The notes under the pieces were generated by a model. The model did no database searches. It was not told the DNA's origin and saw only the letters and a program-made list of their open reading frames with translations. This document shows positions 10,083-19,963 of a stretch of 64,000 nt of DNA, piece by piece. This stretch comes from Alphaproteobacteria bacterium (GTDB lineage Bacteria; Pseudomonadota; Alphaproteobacteria; JBFXJJ01), in assembly GCA_050175015.1 (NCBI GenBank), contig JBFXJJ010000006.1, positions 1 to 64,000 of the forward strand, read 5' to 3'. Position numbers and translations under genes: made by a program. Within the stretch, counting starts at the first letter, position 1; each line of letters opens with the position of its first letter.

Positions 10083-10274
10083 TCAGCTTTTTTTATTAAG
10101 CAAATAAATCAGTTTTCTTTTGGCTTGTTCCTTTAATGAAAACATAGTCATATTTTTGGGTGCTACAATCGTAGCCTCAAGGCCAGTATTAGGATCAATG
10201 GCAGTAACTTTAACTGAGTTTCCAACGTTCCTAATTTCAAAAAGAATTTCTGTTTTTTCTTCAAAATTAGCCAT
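10083..10274 (-). CDS. Small conserved alphaproteobacterial protein (DUF6898-like)
   Basis: GNSVKVTAIDPNTGLE motif. Confidence 0.7.
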   Translation of the reverse strand: MANFEEKTEILFEIRNVGNSVKVTAIDPNTGLEATIVAPKNMTMFSLKEQAKRKLIYLLNKKS

Positions 10275-10401
10275 ATTAAAGTCTCTAATAAAATTTTAAT
10301 ATTTTTAAATATGCAAAATACATACCACAAATTATAGATAATAGTATATTTTAAAATAGCGCTTTTATAAAAAAACCTTAACAAACAACAAAGTAAAAAA
10401 A

Positions 10402-10998
10402 ATGAATGATACATATCAAGAAATTTCAACAGTTTACCGTAGAGAAAAAGGTGTTAACCTTATTGAAATATCTCTCTCAACAATGGCAGAACTTTTTAAT
10501 CCCATCGATCCATCACCACTAAATAAAAAAGATCTTGAAATAGATGTTGAGGACTACATCGTAACAGGTATAAAAGATTTTCCCCTAAAGTCGGCTGTAA
10601 ATGTCATAATATACCTTCCTGATGATGAAATAGAGGAAAATACTTCCTCCCAAATAAACGGTGCTTTAAATAACTTTTTTGCCTATCGAGCCTGGTCAAC
10701 CCGCAACAGCTTGAGAACAATGTTTAAAGATGCTCGAATTTCTTTGGTTTTTGGCATATTAACATTATCGACAGCAATAAGCTGCAAAACAATTTTAATG
10801 AAATTTAGCTCAGAAGCATGGGCTCAAGCTATCTCCGAAAGTCTTGTCGTCGCAGGTTGGGTGGCAATGTGGCATCCAATACAGAAATTCTTATACGAAT
10901 GGTGGCCTCTTAGAAAAAATTTGCGTGTTTATGAAAAACTTACTAAGGTAAAGGTAGAATGCCGTCCTCACTCTTCTTCACCTAACAGCATTTTTTAA
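10402..10998 (+). CDS. Conserved hypothetical membrane protein
   Basis: LFNPIDPSP and GWVAMWHPIQKFLYEWWP motifs; 2 TM segments. Confidence 0.75.
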   Translation: MNDTYQEISTVYRREKGVNLIEISLSTMAELFNPIDPSPLNKKDLEIDVEDYIVTGIKDFPLKSAVNVIIYLPDDEIEENTSSQINGALNNFFAYRAWSTRNSLRTMFKDARISLVFGILTLSTAISCKTILMKFSSEAWAQAISESLVVAGWVAMWHPIQKFLYEWWPLRKNLRVYEKLTKVKVECRPHSSSPNSIF

Positions 10999-11007
10999 AT
11001 AAAGCAG

Positions 11008-11733
11008 ATGAACTCTAATTTTGACTTTAGCAAAACGGCTTTTTATTCAAGCATAGAAGGACCATGTCCTTATTTAAATGGTGTTTTTGAAAAAAAAATT
11101 TTAACCGAGCTCAAAGGTGAAAATGCCGTAGTTATATATAATATCCTTTCAAGATACGGCTTTAGGCGTTCTTATAATTTATGCTACACTCAGGTTTGTG
11201 ATAATTGCTCTAACTGCATTCCAATTAGAGTTAAAGTTGATGATTTTAAATTAACAAGATCATTTAAACGAGTTATATCAAAAAACCAGAATATTAAATC
11301 TTTTTTCAAATATCCCAAAGCTAGCCAAGAGCAGTTTTTAATATTTCAAAAATATCAAAATCAAAGACATCAAGATGGCGAAATGTCCCAAATGGATTTT
11401 GAGGAATACCGCTCAATGATGGAAGAGAGTCCTATAGATACTCAAGTTTTAGAATTGCGGACATCAAAAAATAAATTATATGCTCTCGGAATCTGCGATA
11501 TACTAGAAGATGGCTTATCCGCAGTTTATCTTTTTTTTGACCCTAGCTACGAACAACAAAGTCCTGGAACCTTTACTATCTTAAATATGATTGAACAGAC
11601 TAAAAAATTAGGACTGAAATACTTATATTTAGGCTTTTGGGTTCCTAAAAGCGATAAAATGTCTTATAAATCTCGGTTTAAACCCCTAGAAATTCTAACC
11701 CCTCTAGGGTGGCTTGATTTGGAAGATGTATAA
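11008..11733 (+). CDS. bpt: ATE1-like aminoacyl-tRNA-protein transferase (Bpt)
   Basis: CPYL, GFRRS, LSAVY, YLYLGFW, KMSYKSRFKP. Confidence 0.88.
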   Translation: MNSNFDFSKTAFYSSIEGPCPYLNGVFEKKILTELKGENAVVIYNILSRYGFRRSYNLCYTQVCDNCSNCIPIRVKVDDFKLTRSFKRVISKNQNIKSFFKYPKASQEQFLIFQKYQNQRHQDGEMSQMDFEEYRSMMEESPIDTQVLELRTSKNKLYALGICDILEDGLSAVYLFFDPSYEQQSPGTFTILNMIEQTKKLGLKYLYLGFWVPKSDKMSYKSRFKPLEILTPLGWLDLEDV

Positions 11734-11734
11734 A

Positions 11735-12712
11735 CTAAACCACTTTAGCTATAGTACCCATAATCAAAAAAGAAACATATGCAATGTAACTGAATAATAA
11801 GATTGCGCCTTCAATTCTGCTAATTGAACCTGCTTTTTTAAAGCCATATCCCATTATAAAAAGAACTGCCGTAAGCATTGTCATAACAGGAATATCTCTT
11901 ATTATCAATTCCTTATCCATATCTATCGGCTTAATAGCTCCAGCGATTCCAACAACAGCAAGAGTGTTAAAAATATTAGACCCCAAGATATTACCAACAA
12001 CAATTTCAGACTCTTTCTTCCTTGCCGCAGCAATAGAAGATGCCAACTCAGGCAATGATGTCCCTACCGCAACAACGGTAAGTCCTATAACTAAGTCATT
12101 AACACCAAGCATCTGAGCAATGGAAACAGCTCCCCATACTAGAACTCTTGAGCTTGCAAGAAGAAGGACTAAACCTATTACTAAATAAAGCCACGCTTTT
12201 TTCTGCGAAATTTTCTCTTGCTTTAACTCGCCGTCCATCTCTTTACTTAAAGCATCATCTTTTTGCCTCATTCCTTCAAATATGGTCCAAATCATAAAAC
12301 ATAAAAAAACCAACAATAGAATAACGGCTTCTAATGTGGTAATTTTTGAATCCCAAGCTTGAAAACCTGCAACTAATGCAAATAACGTGACAAGAGGCAG
12401 TTCTTTTTTTAGAACACTTGAAGAAATAGCTATCGGACTAACTACCGCAGTAAAACCGAGAATAAGAGCAATATTGGTAATGTTTGAACCATAAGCGTTG
12501 CCAATAGCTATTCCAGGATTTCCCTGCCAAGCTGAAATAGCTGACACCAGCATTTCAGGAGCAGATGTACCAAACCCGACAATAACCATACCTATTAACA
12601 AAGGAGACATTCCCAAATGACGTGCAACCGATGCCGCACCATCAACAAAGCGGTCTGCACTCCACACTAAAATCACTAAGCCTGCAAGCACAGCAACCAT
12701 AGCCCAAAGCAT
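11735..12712 (-). CDS. Calcium/sodium antiporter (YrbG family)
   Basis: Duplicated GTSAPE/GTSLPE and GSNI motifs. Confidence 0.92.
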   Translation of the reverse strand: MLWAMVAVLAGLVILVWSADRFVDGAASVARHLGMSPLLIGMVIVGFGTSAPEMLVSAISAWQGNPGIAIGNAYGSNITNIALILGFTAVVSPIAISSSVLKKELPLVTLFALVAGFQAWDSKITTLEAVILLLVFLCFMIWTIFEGMRQKDDALSKEMDGELKQEKISQKKAWLYLVIGLVLLLASSRVLVWGAVSIAQMLGVNDLVIGLTVVAVGTSLPELASSIAAARKKESEIVVGNILGSNIFNTLAVVGIAGAIKPIDMDKELIIRDIPVMTMLTAVLFIMGYGFKKAGSISRIEGAILLFSYIAYVSFLIMGTIAKVV

Positions 12713-12732
12713 TTTATTTTGTCCTAAAAATA

Positions 12733-14958
12733 TTATTTAAAAAAACTATTATTTCTTGGAAATCCAGGAGGAGGAAGTTTTCCTGCCAAACCTCTTTTTC
12801 CAATCCAAGTAAGAAGGTCTTTTTCAATATGGATTCCGCCGCCGAGCGGATAGCTCAAGCCATCATCAATATTAAAAATCTTAGCATCAGAAATAAAACC
12901 ACTGCGATATTTTTGCAATATTACGCCTCTTCCTCTTGCCATTACTGGTATCTCTTCGGTTTTAAAAATAAGCATACGGCGATTTTCACCAATAACCGCA
13001 ATAGTATCACCTTCTGCCTCACGGCAAAGTTTGGCTTCATCTTGTTCGGCAACATTAAGAATCATTTTACCCGTTCTAGTTTGGGCAATAACATTACTTT
13101 CTTCAACGATAAAGCCCCGTCCCTGTTTTGATACGACCAAGAGCTTACCTTCAGGATTATACACTCTCATATCGATAACTTCATCATCGTTAGAGAGATC
13201 TATCATTAATCTTAACGGCTGCCCGAAACCTCTTCCTCCTGGAATATCATTCCCAGAGATCGTAAAGAAACGACCTTTGGAAGCAAAGAACAAAATTTTA
13301 TCTGTTGTCTGAGCTTGAAGCACATATTTCAGATTATCGCCTTCCTTAAACTTAAATTCATCGACAGCATCGATATGTCCCTTTACCGATCTAATCCAGC
13401 CCATTTCTGAAAGAATTATTGTTATTGGTTCTTTTTCTATCATCGCTTCAATTGGAACCTCTATAGATGGGGCAGCCTCTTCCAACATAGTACGACGACG
13501 TCCTAATGCCGTTTTTTTGCTGAATTTTTCTTTTATTTCCTTAATTTCTTCAGAAATTTTTATCCAACGTTTATCCTTATTTTCCTGAAGTTCTAAAATA
13601 TTATTTTTCTCAGCATTCAACTCATCATATTCTCTTTTTATTTCAAATTCTTCTAATCTTCTTAAAGAACGAAGTTTCATATTAAGAATAGCTTCGACTT
13701 GAATATCTGTAAGCTTAAACTTGTCTTTCATAACCTCAGATGGCTCATCTTCTTCACGAATAATTCGAATAATTTCGTCAAGATTAAGATAAGCTATAAG
13801 ATAGCCTTGCAGAACCTCCATACGATAGGTTATTTTATCGAGCCTAAAAGCTAAGCGTCTCTCAAGAACCACCATTCGATGTTCTAAAAATGCGACCAAA
13901 GCCTGTTTCAAACTCATAACACCAGGAACACCGTTAGCATCGAGAACATTAAGATTAAGACTGAACCTTGTTTCAAGCTCGGTATGCTTAAACAAATGCT
14001 CCATAACATATTCTGGCTCTACCGTACGATTTTTAGGCTCCAAAACAATTCTGATATTTTCGGCAGATTCATCTCTAATATCGGCTAAAAGCGGCAGTTT
14101 TTTAGCAATTAAAAGATTGGCTAAATTCTCAATCAAACGTGCTTTTTGCACCTGATATGGAATTTCTGTAATAATGATTTGAAAAAGACCATGAGCTAAA
14201 GTTTCTTTCTCCCATTTAGATCTTATCCGAAATGAACCTCTTCCGCTTTCATACGCATTTAGAATTTCGTGTTCATTACTGCACAAAATTCCGCCAGTTG
14301 GAAAATCAGGTCCTTTTACAAAAGAAACAAGATCTTTAACCTCGGCTTCTGGTTTATTTATTAAATGCAATAAGGCATCACATAATTCTGAAACATTATG
14401 CGGCGGAATGTTAGTTGCCATACCAACGGCAATACCAGCCGAGCCGTTTGCAAGCAGATTAGGAAACGCAGAAGGCATAACAACAGGTTCTCGTTCCTCA
14501 CCATCATAGGTAAAACGAAAATCGACGCAGTCTTGCTCAATATCTTCCATCAAAGACCAAGCAACATCTGTAAGTCGGGCTTCAGTATAACGCATTGCTG
14601 CTGCACTATCGCCATCAATATTTCCAAAGTTCCCCTGTCCTTCAACCAAAGGATAACGAACCGCAAAATCCTGAGCTAAACGCACCATAGCATCATAAAC
14701 TGCGGCATCACCATGAGGGTGAAATTTACCAATAACATCACCCACAACTCTCGCACATTTTTTAAACCCTGACTTAGGGTCAAGCTTTAACTGCCGCATA
14801 GCGTAAAGCAGTCTTCTATGAACAGGTTTTAAACCATCTCTAACGTCTGGCAGCGAACGTGAAACAATGGTCGATAGAGCATAAGATAAATAGCGCTCAG
14901 TCAAAGCCTCAGCCAAAGGGGATTCTTTTATTTTTTCTTTTATATCCGTTTTACTCAT
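12733..14958 (-). CDS. parC: DNA topoisomerase IV subunit A
   Basis: [26 protein letters not shown]. Confidence 0.96.
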   Translation of the reverse strand: MSKTDIKEKIKESPLAEALTERYLSYALSTIVSRSLPDVRDGLKPVHRRLLYAMRQLKLDPKSGFKKCARVVGDVIGKFHPHGDAAVYDAMVRLAQDFAVRYPLVEGQGNFGNIDGDSAAAMRYTEARLTDVAWSLMEDIEQDCVDFRFTYDGEEREPVVMPSAFPNLLANGSAGIAVGMATNIPPHNVSELCDALLHLINKPEAEVKDLVSFVKGPDFPTGGILCSNEHEILNAYESGRGSFRIRSKWEKETLAHGLFQIIITEIPYQVQKARLIENLANLLIAKKLPLLADIRDESAENIRIVLEPKNRTVEPEYVMEHLFKHTELETRFSLNLNVLDANGVPGVMSLKQALVAFLEHRMVVLERRLAFRLDKITYRMEVLQGYLIAYLNLDEIIRIIREEDEPSEVMKDKFKLTDIQVEAILNMKLRSLRRLEEFEIKREYDELNAEKNNILELQENKDKRWIKISEEIKEIKEKFSKKTALGRRRTMLEEAAPSIEVPIEAMIEKEPITIILSEMGWIRSVKGHIDAVDEFKFKEGDNLKYVLQAQTTDKILFFASKGRFFTISGNDIPGGRGFGQPLRLMIDLSNDDEVIDMRVYNPEGKLLVVSKQGRGFIVEESNVIAQTRTGKMILNVAEQDEAKLCREAEGDTIAVIGENRRMLIFKTEEIPVMARGRGVILQKYRSGFISDAKIFNIDDGLSYPLGGGIHIEKDLLTWIGKRGLAGKLPPPGFPRNNSFFK

Positions 14959-15685
14959 TAGAGTTTCCTATAAAAAAACCGGCTAAACGATTTCTTGCAA
15001 ATGGAATTTTAATATTATCGTTGTTAAAAACGTGCCGTCTTAGAAAATATTCGGTTAATTTTAGTCCTTTTGCGATGTCATCTTTAGTGACATCTTGTAT
15101 GTCTTTTTTAATCAAAAATAAGGGCAAAGGCAACAACCTATTTTGGTAGGAACGTCCCGCCTCTTCGCATACAGCGCACCCGCTTTTAGGTGAAACATAA
15201 ATTAAATTGTTAGTAACACCTGTTGCCGCACAACAAGAAAGATCTAGTCCATAGCCCAAAGTCTCGAGAAGAAGCACCTCCCATTCAACATATCTTTTTG
15301 CCCAATCATCACAAGAAATCGTTTGAAAAAAATTTTTAAATTCAAAATAAAGATCTTGATAACTTTCTCGCTCGGGCAAAGTTTTTTCAATTAATGCACA
15401 AGCTGAAGATAATGTTGAAAGTTTTATGGGATCATCTAAGAGTTTAAAGGAATAAGATTCGATTAACTCTAAATTAAAATTGCCTAAATTGTTTTCCAAT
15501 CTGCTGCGCCAACGTATCGAAACCAAGTTTCCGAGTTGTAGGATATTACCTTTTTTCCCAGATGAACCAGAACTCTTAACTAGACCAGCCGTTTTTCCAT
15601 TGTTGGGCGTAAAAATGGTAACAATATGAGAGCTTTCTCCATATTTCTTTGCACCCAGAATTATACCTTCGTCTTGCCATTCCAT
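14951..15685 (-). CDS. recO: DNA repair protein RecO
   Basis: [21 protein letters not shown]; downstream of era. Confidence 0.93.
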   Translation of the reverse strand: MEWQDEGIILGAKKYGESSHIVTIFTPNNGKTAGLVKSSGSSGKKGNILQLGNLVSIRWRSRLENNLGNFNLELIESYSFKLLDDPIKLSTLSSACALIEKTLPERESYQDLYFEFKNFFQTISCDDWAKRYVEWEVLLLETLGYGLDLSCCAATGVTNNLIYVSPKSGCAVCEEAGRSYQNRLLPLPLFLIKKDIQDVTKDDIAKGLKLTEYFLRRHVFNNDNIKIPFARNRLAGFFIGNSNE

Positions 15686-15718
15686 ATAAAATCAAGCCTT
15701 TGTAAAAAGCTTTGAGAT

Positions 15719-16627
15719 TTAAGCATTAAAATCAAGTCCCCATTCTTGATAAATGCTGCGATCATCACTCCACTTTTCTCTAACTTTAACAAATAGAAAA
15801 AGATGAATCTTAGTTTCAAAAATAGCTTCAAGTTCTTTACGTGAAGCCATACCTATGGTCTTTATTTTAGAACCTTTATTTCCCAAAACAATCTTTTTAT
15901 GCGAAACAGATTCCACAAAAATTGTCTGTTCAATTTTAACACTGCCATCAGAATTTTCGTGCCACAATTCTGTAGATACATTAATCGCATAAGGAAGCTC
16001 TTTATGAACTTGGAGAAAAATTTTCTCACGAGTAATCTCAGCGGCTAACAATCTTGATGGCATATTAGTAATCTGATCTTCAGGAAAAAGCCAGATGCTT
16101 TCTGGAACAACACTTACAATCTTATTTACCAGATCTTGAATACCATCTCCCTTTAGTGCCGAAACCATAAAAATATCTGTAAAAACCTCTTCATTATTAA
16201 ACCTCTCGGCTATTTGAAACAGTTTTTCTTTTGGCAGAGCATCAATTTTATTAATAACTAAAATAGCTTTGAGTTTCTGCTGTTTTAATTTAGCTAAAAT
16301 AGATGAGGTTTCTTTTTCTCTTATTTTTAAAGCATCAACGACCATAACAATGGCATCAACATCTTCAGTTTCATTCCAAGCGGCAGCTACCATTGCCCGT
16401 TCCAGTCTTTTCTTAGGCGAAAAAATTCCAGGCGTATCAATAAAAATCAACTGGGCATCATCAATTACGGTAATCCCCATAACACTTGTTCTTGTAGTCT
16501 GGACTTTAGGAGATACGATAGAAACCTTTGTTCCAACAATTTGATTTACTAGTGTTGATTTGCCCGCATTAGGAGCCCCGATAACGGCAATCATACCGCA
16601 TTTTTGCTTAGTGTCAGAATTTATCAT
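15719..16627 (-). CDS. era: GTPase Era
   Basis: GAPNAGKST, DTPG, NKID, KH domain. Confidence 0.97.
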   Translation of the reverse strand: MINSDTKQKCGMIAVIGAPNAGKSTLVNQIVGTKVSIVSPKVQTTRTSVMGITVIDDAQLIFIDTPGIFSPKKRLERAMVAAAWNETEDVDAIVMVVDALKIREKETSSILAKLKQQKLKAILVINKIDALPKEKLFQIAERFNNEEVFTDIFMVSALKGDGIQDLVNKIVSVVPESIWLFPEDQITNMPSRLLAAEITREKIFLQVHKELPYAINVSTELWHENSDGSVKIEQTIFVESVSHKKIVLGNKGSKIKTIGMASRKELEAIFETKIHLFLFVKVREKWSDDRSIYQEWGLDFNA

Positions 16628-16722
16628 TTAACTTGCTTTGTACATAATAAAGTTAAAACATTTTTTGTTATATATAACACTTTATAATCATAAAAAATAC
16701 TTATTTAGACCTTTAATAATCT

Positions 16723-17065
16723 TTATTTTTTTATAACCACTTTTATATTATACCTTGTTTTTAGCTTACTAATGCTAAAAAGCAAGCTTATTATTCCTTC
16801 AACATTAAAAAACGCATAACAAATAAAAACAGCTATTAGATAACGGTATTTTATAAATAACAACTTACGCTCAGATATGAAGAGCGACAACAATTTGGTT
16901 ATGGTGGAAATCAATGAAACAAACAAGCCATTTATTCCTAAATGCTAACTCCAAATAAGAGCGTTGACAACATTCCATAAGCCCTCATTTTATTAGTTGT
17001 TTTGGATAAAAAACCAAGTAGAGAAAAGAAGCTTGCAACATAGCCAATAAAATCTACAAGCTCAT
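16723..17065 (-). pseudogene. Frameshifted YgjV-like inner-membrane protein remnant
   Basis: Frame A reads ELVDFIGYVASFFSLLGFLSKTTNKMRAYGMLSTLLFGVSI*; frame B continues GINGLFVSLISTITKLLSL...; the ATG at 17065 is out of frame by 1 nt. Confidence 0.5.
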
Positions 17066-17139
17066 TTTTTTATTCTAAAATGATATTTATATCCAATAAA
17101 TAAAAGATGTTTTTAAGCTTATGTAACATCGAAACAAAA

Positions 17140-17814
17140 TCATATTTTTGATATTTTTTCTAACATAATTTTAGCAGCATTTTGTTCAGCTACTTTTTTT
17201 GAATTACCTTCAGCAACGACAACTTCTAAGGAACCTATTTTCAGATTAACGATAAATAATGGATTGTGATCTGGACCACTCCTGTCTACAACTTCATACT
17301 TAGGAAGTCCATAACCTCTGCTTTGGGTCCACTCCTGTAATGCCGATTTTGCATCTTTTGGCGGTTCAATATTTTTATTCATAAAGTCCTGCCAGTATTT
17401 ATGAATAAAATCTTTAGCAGGCTCCAAACCAGCCTCTAAATAGATTGCACCAAGCAAAGCTTCACAAGCATCAGCAAGAATTGAGGGATTATCCCTGCCT
17501 CCTGTGTTTTCTTCAGATTGAGACATTTCAATAAGTCTGCCTAATCCAACTTTTTTAGCAATATCTGAAAGCACAATACTGCTTGATAAATTAGAATATC
17601 TTACAGCAATATCACCTTCTTTTTCCAACGGAAAATTCTTTATAAGCATCTCAGCTAAAACAAGACCTAAAACTCTATCGCCCAAAAATTCTAAAATTTC
17701 ATTGTTATTTTTCTCTAAACTACAATGAGTGAGCGCTTCGTTTATTAAATTTTCGTTTTTGAATTTATATCCCGTAAATGAAAAAATCTTTGCTATTTTT
17801 TTTTCAGTATTCAT
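17140..17814 (-). CDS. rnc: Ribonuclease III
   Basis: LEFLGDRVL motif, dsRBD. Confidence 0.96.
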   Translation of the reverse strand: MNTEKKIAKIFSFTGYKFKNENLINEALTHCSLEKNNNEILEFLGDRVLGLVLAEMLIKNFPLEKEGDIAVRYSNLSSSIVLSDIAKKVGLGRLIEMSQSEENTGGRDNPSILADACEALLGAIYLEAGLEPAKDFIHKYWQDFMNKNIEPPKDAKSALQEWTQSRGYGLPKYEVVDRSGPDHNPLFIVNLKIGSLEVVVAEGNSKKVAEQNAAKIMLEKISKI

Positions 17815-17836
17815 TTTTTATATAAATCTTGTTCAT

Positions 17837-18574
17837 CTATTCTATTTTAGAAAAAAGTCTTTCCCACCTAATTGACATAGGCCATTTCCAAACTTCCCAT
17901 ATCTTGGCACTACCATCGTTAGAATAGAAAAGAAACTGAGCTTTGCCTTCTAAATTAACTTTAGGAACAAATCCTACCAAAGAACGGCTATCCGTAGAAT
18001 TATCACGATTATCTCCCATCATAAAATAATGACCATCAGGAACTTTAAAAACCGAAGTATTATCAAAAGGTTCATTATTCCCAATTTCTATAATCTTATG
18101 CTCTTTGCCGCCTGGTAAAGTTTCGATATATTGAGAAAATCTCTTGGCATTTCCTCTTGCATCTCTTGCAACATATTCATCAACTGGAGTTCTTTTTACT
18201 TCTTCGCCATTAATATACAAAAGCCCATTTTTCATTTGGATTTCATCGCCAGGAAGCCCAATAACTCTTTTGATGTAATCAGTTTTGTTGTCTTGTGGAA
18301 GCTTGAAAACAACAACGTCTCCCCTTTTGGGCTCACTAAAGAAAATTCTGCCCTTAAACAATTTAAGACTATAAGGTAAAGAATGACGGCTGTAACCGTA
18401 AGTGTATTTAGAAACAAAAAGATAATCCCCAACCAAAAGCGTTGGAATCATAGAACCAGAAGGAATGTTGAATGGCTCAAACGCGACGGTTCTAATAAAA
18501 AGAGCAACAATAACAGCATAAAATATTGTTTTTAAAGTTTCTTTGAAACTTCCATTATCTTTTGACTTTTCCAT
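17837..18574 (-). CDS. lepB: Signal peptidase I
   Basis: IPSGSMIPTL, YIKRVIG, GDNRDNS. Confidence 0.96.
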   Translation of the reverse strand: MEKSKDNGSFKETLKTIFYAVIVALFIRTVAFEPFNIPSGSMIPTLLVGDYLFVSKYTYGYSRHSLPYSLKLFKGRIFFSEPKRGDVVVFKLPQDNKTDYIKRVIGLPGDEIQMKNGLLYINGEEVKRTPVDEYVARDARGNAKRFSQYIETLPGGKEHKIIEIGNNEPFDNTSVFKVPDGHYFMMGDNRDNSTDSRSLVGFVPKVNLEGKAQFLFYSNDGSAKIWEVWKWPMSIRWERLFSKIE

Positions 18575-18660
18575 AAATTTATTTCCACTTAGTTAGTTTT
18601 TATATTTTTATTTGTTTCAATATGACGTTTTATTGATAATGAATCAATAGTTTATTCCTC

Positions 18661-19068
18661 TTATACGGCATATATAATTACATTAGCAATAGCAAAAGGA
18701 TAATCATCACTAATAGTAACTGCAATCATTCCTTCTTTGCCTTCTGGAACAATTTCTTTCAGCCTACGGGCAGCCCCGCCATAAAGTTTCAATTCTGGTT
18801 TTCCCGAAGATTGATGAGAAATCACCATATCTCTCCAAAAAACACCTTTTCTTAAACCCGTCCCCAAAGCCTTAGAACAGGCTTCCTTAGCTGCAAACCT
18901 CTTTGCATAGGCACAGGCACGTTCCCTAGGAGAAACTTTGTTACGCCTTTCACACTCAGCAACCTCAATGTCAGCAAAAATTCTGTTCAAAAATCTCTTA
19001 TCAAAATTTTCGATACTCTGCTCTATTCTCTTAATATTAGCTATGTCATTGCCTATGCCAATAATCAT
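18661..19068 (-). CDS. acpS: Holo-ACP synthase
   Basis: IIGIGND, RFAAKEA. Confidence 0.95.
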   Translation of the reverse strand: MIIGIGNDIANIKRIEQSIENFDKRFLNRIFADIEVAECERRNKVSPRERACAYAKRFAAKEACSKALGTGLRKGVFWRDMVISHQSSGKPELKLYGGAARRLKEIVPEGKEGMIAVTISDDYPFAIANVIIYAV

Positions 19069-19946
19069 TGTTTTTTCATTCTCCTATCGCTTTTAAAACA
19101 GCCTCTTTTCCTACCTTTTTTATCAATGTTTTTTAATCCCTGATTAACCCTGACAGCAAGCCGCCCTCGAAAAGATTTTTGGGTTAAGGCTCTGGAATAA
19201 GCTCGCTTCTTATTTCTGATAAGATTAATTTTTCTGGTAATTTTACGAATATAAGCTCTTTTGGTATAGCCTCTATTCCACCTTGCTTTGCTATGTTTTC
19301 TAATTATTCTTTTTATTTTCTTATAAATATTTTGGAATTTGCCTTTTAATTCTTTTTGTTTCGTAATCCACAAACGCTTTTTAACACGCATCATTGCACG
19401 GCGGTTTTGATATTTTTTAACCATCTTCTTTAATGGAAAATATGTCCCAATCCAACCAAGAACCGCTAAAGGCAAAGAACCAATGAGCATTGGGTACCAG
19501 ATTGGCATAATTTCTTCTTTGAAACGTACCCAATCTAATTGAATCAATATTCCGAAAAAATTCTGAAATAGATGAATAAAGCTCACAGACTGAACCTCTG
19601 TCGCAGCGTTAGAAAGACTTATGATAAACAGCCCAAGCCTATAACTTCCTATCCAGATAAACGGAAAAGTCCAAGGATTACCAACAATCGTACCTAATAG
19701 GCTTGCGACAATACTTCCTTTTAAAATAAAAGCTAAAACAGCAGAAAGGATAAGATGAAACCCAACAAAGGGCGTAAAAGAAATAAAAACACCAGAAGCA
19801 AAACCTGCTGCTATGCTATGAGGTTTTTCAGGTATTCTTTTCAGTTTGATAAAAAGATATTTAGAAAATCGTATAAGACCCATTTTAGGCCACAGAAAGC
19901 TTATTATTCTGCTAATTATATTTTTAGCTTTGTGTCTTAAATTCAT
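19065..19946 (-). CDS. DUF2062 membrane protein with long basic C-terminal extension
   Basis: PHSIAAG, GNPWTFP; ~120-aa K/R-rich tail. Confidence 0.8.
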   Translation of the reverse strand: MNLRHKAKNIISRIISFLWPKMGLIRFSKYLFIKLKRIPEKPHSIAAGFASGVFISFTPFVGFHLILSAVLAFILKGSIVASLLGTIVGNPWTFPFIWIGSYRLGLFIISLSNAATEVQSVSFIHLFQNFFGILIQLDWVRFKEEIMPIWYPMLIGSLPLAVLGWIGTYFPLKKMVKKYQNRRAMMRVKKRLWITKQKELKGKFQNIYKKIKRIIRKHSKARWNRGYTKRAYIRKITRKINLIRNKKRAYSRALTQKSFRGRLAVRVNQGLKNIDKKGRKRGCFKSDRRMKKQ

Positions 19947-19963
19947 TTCCTTCTCTATACGCT

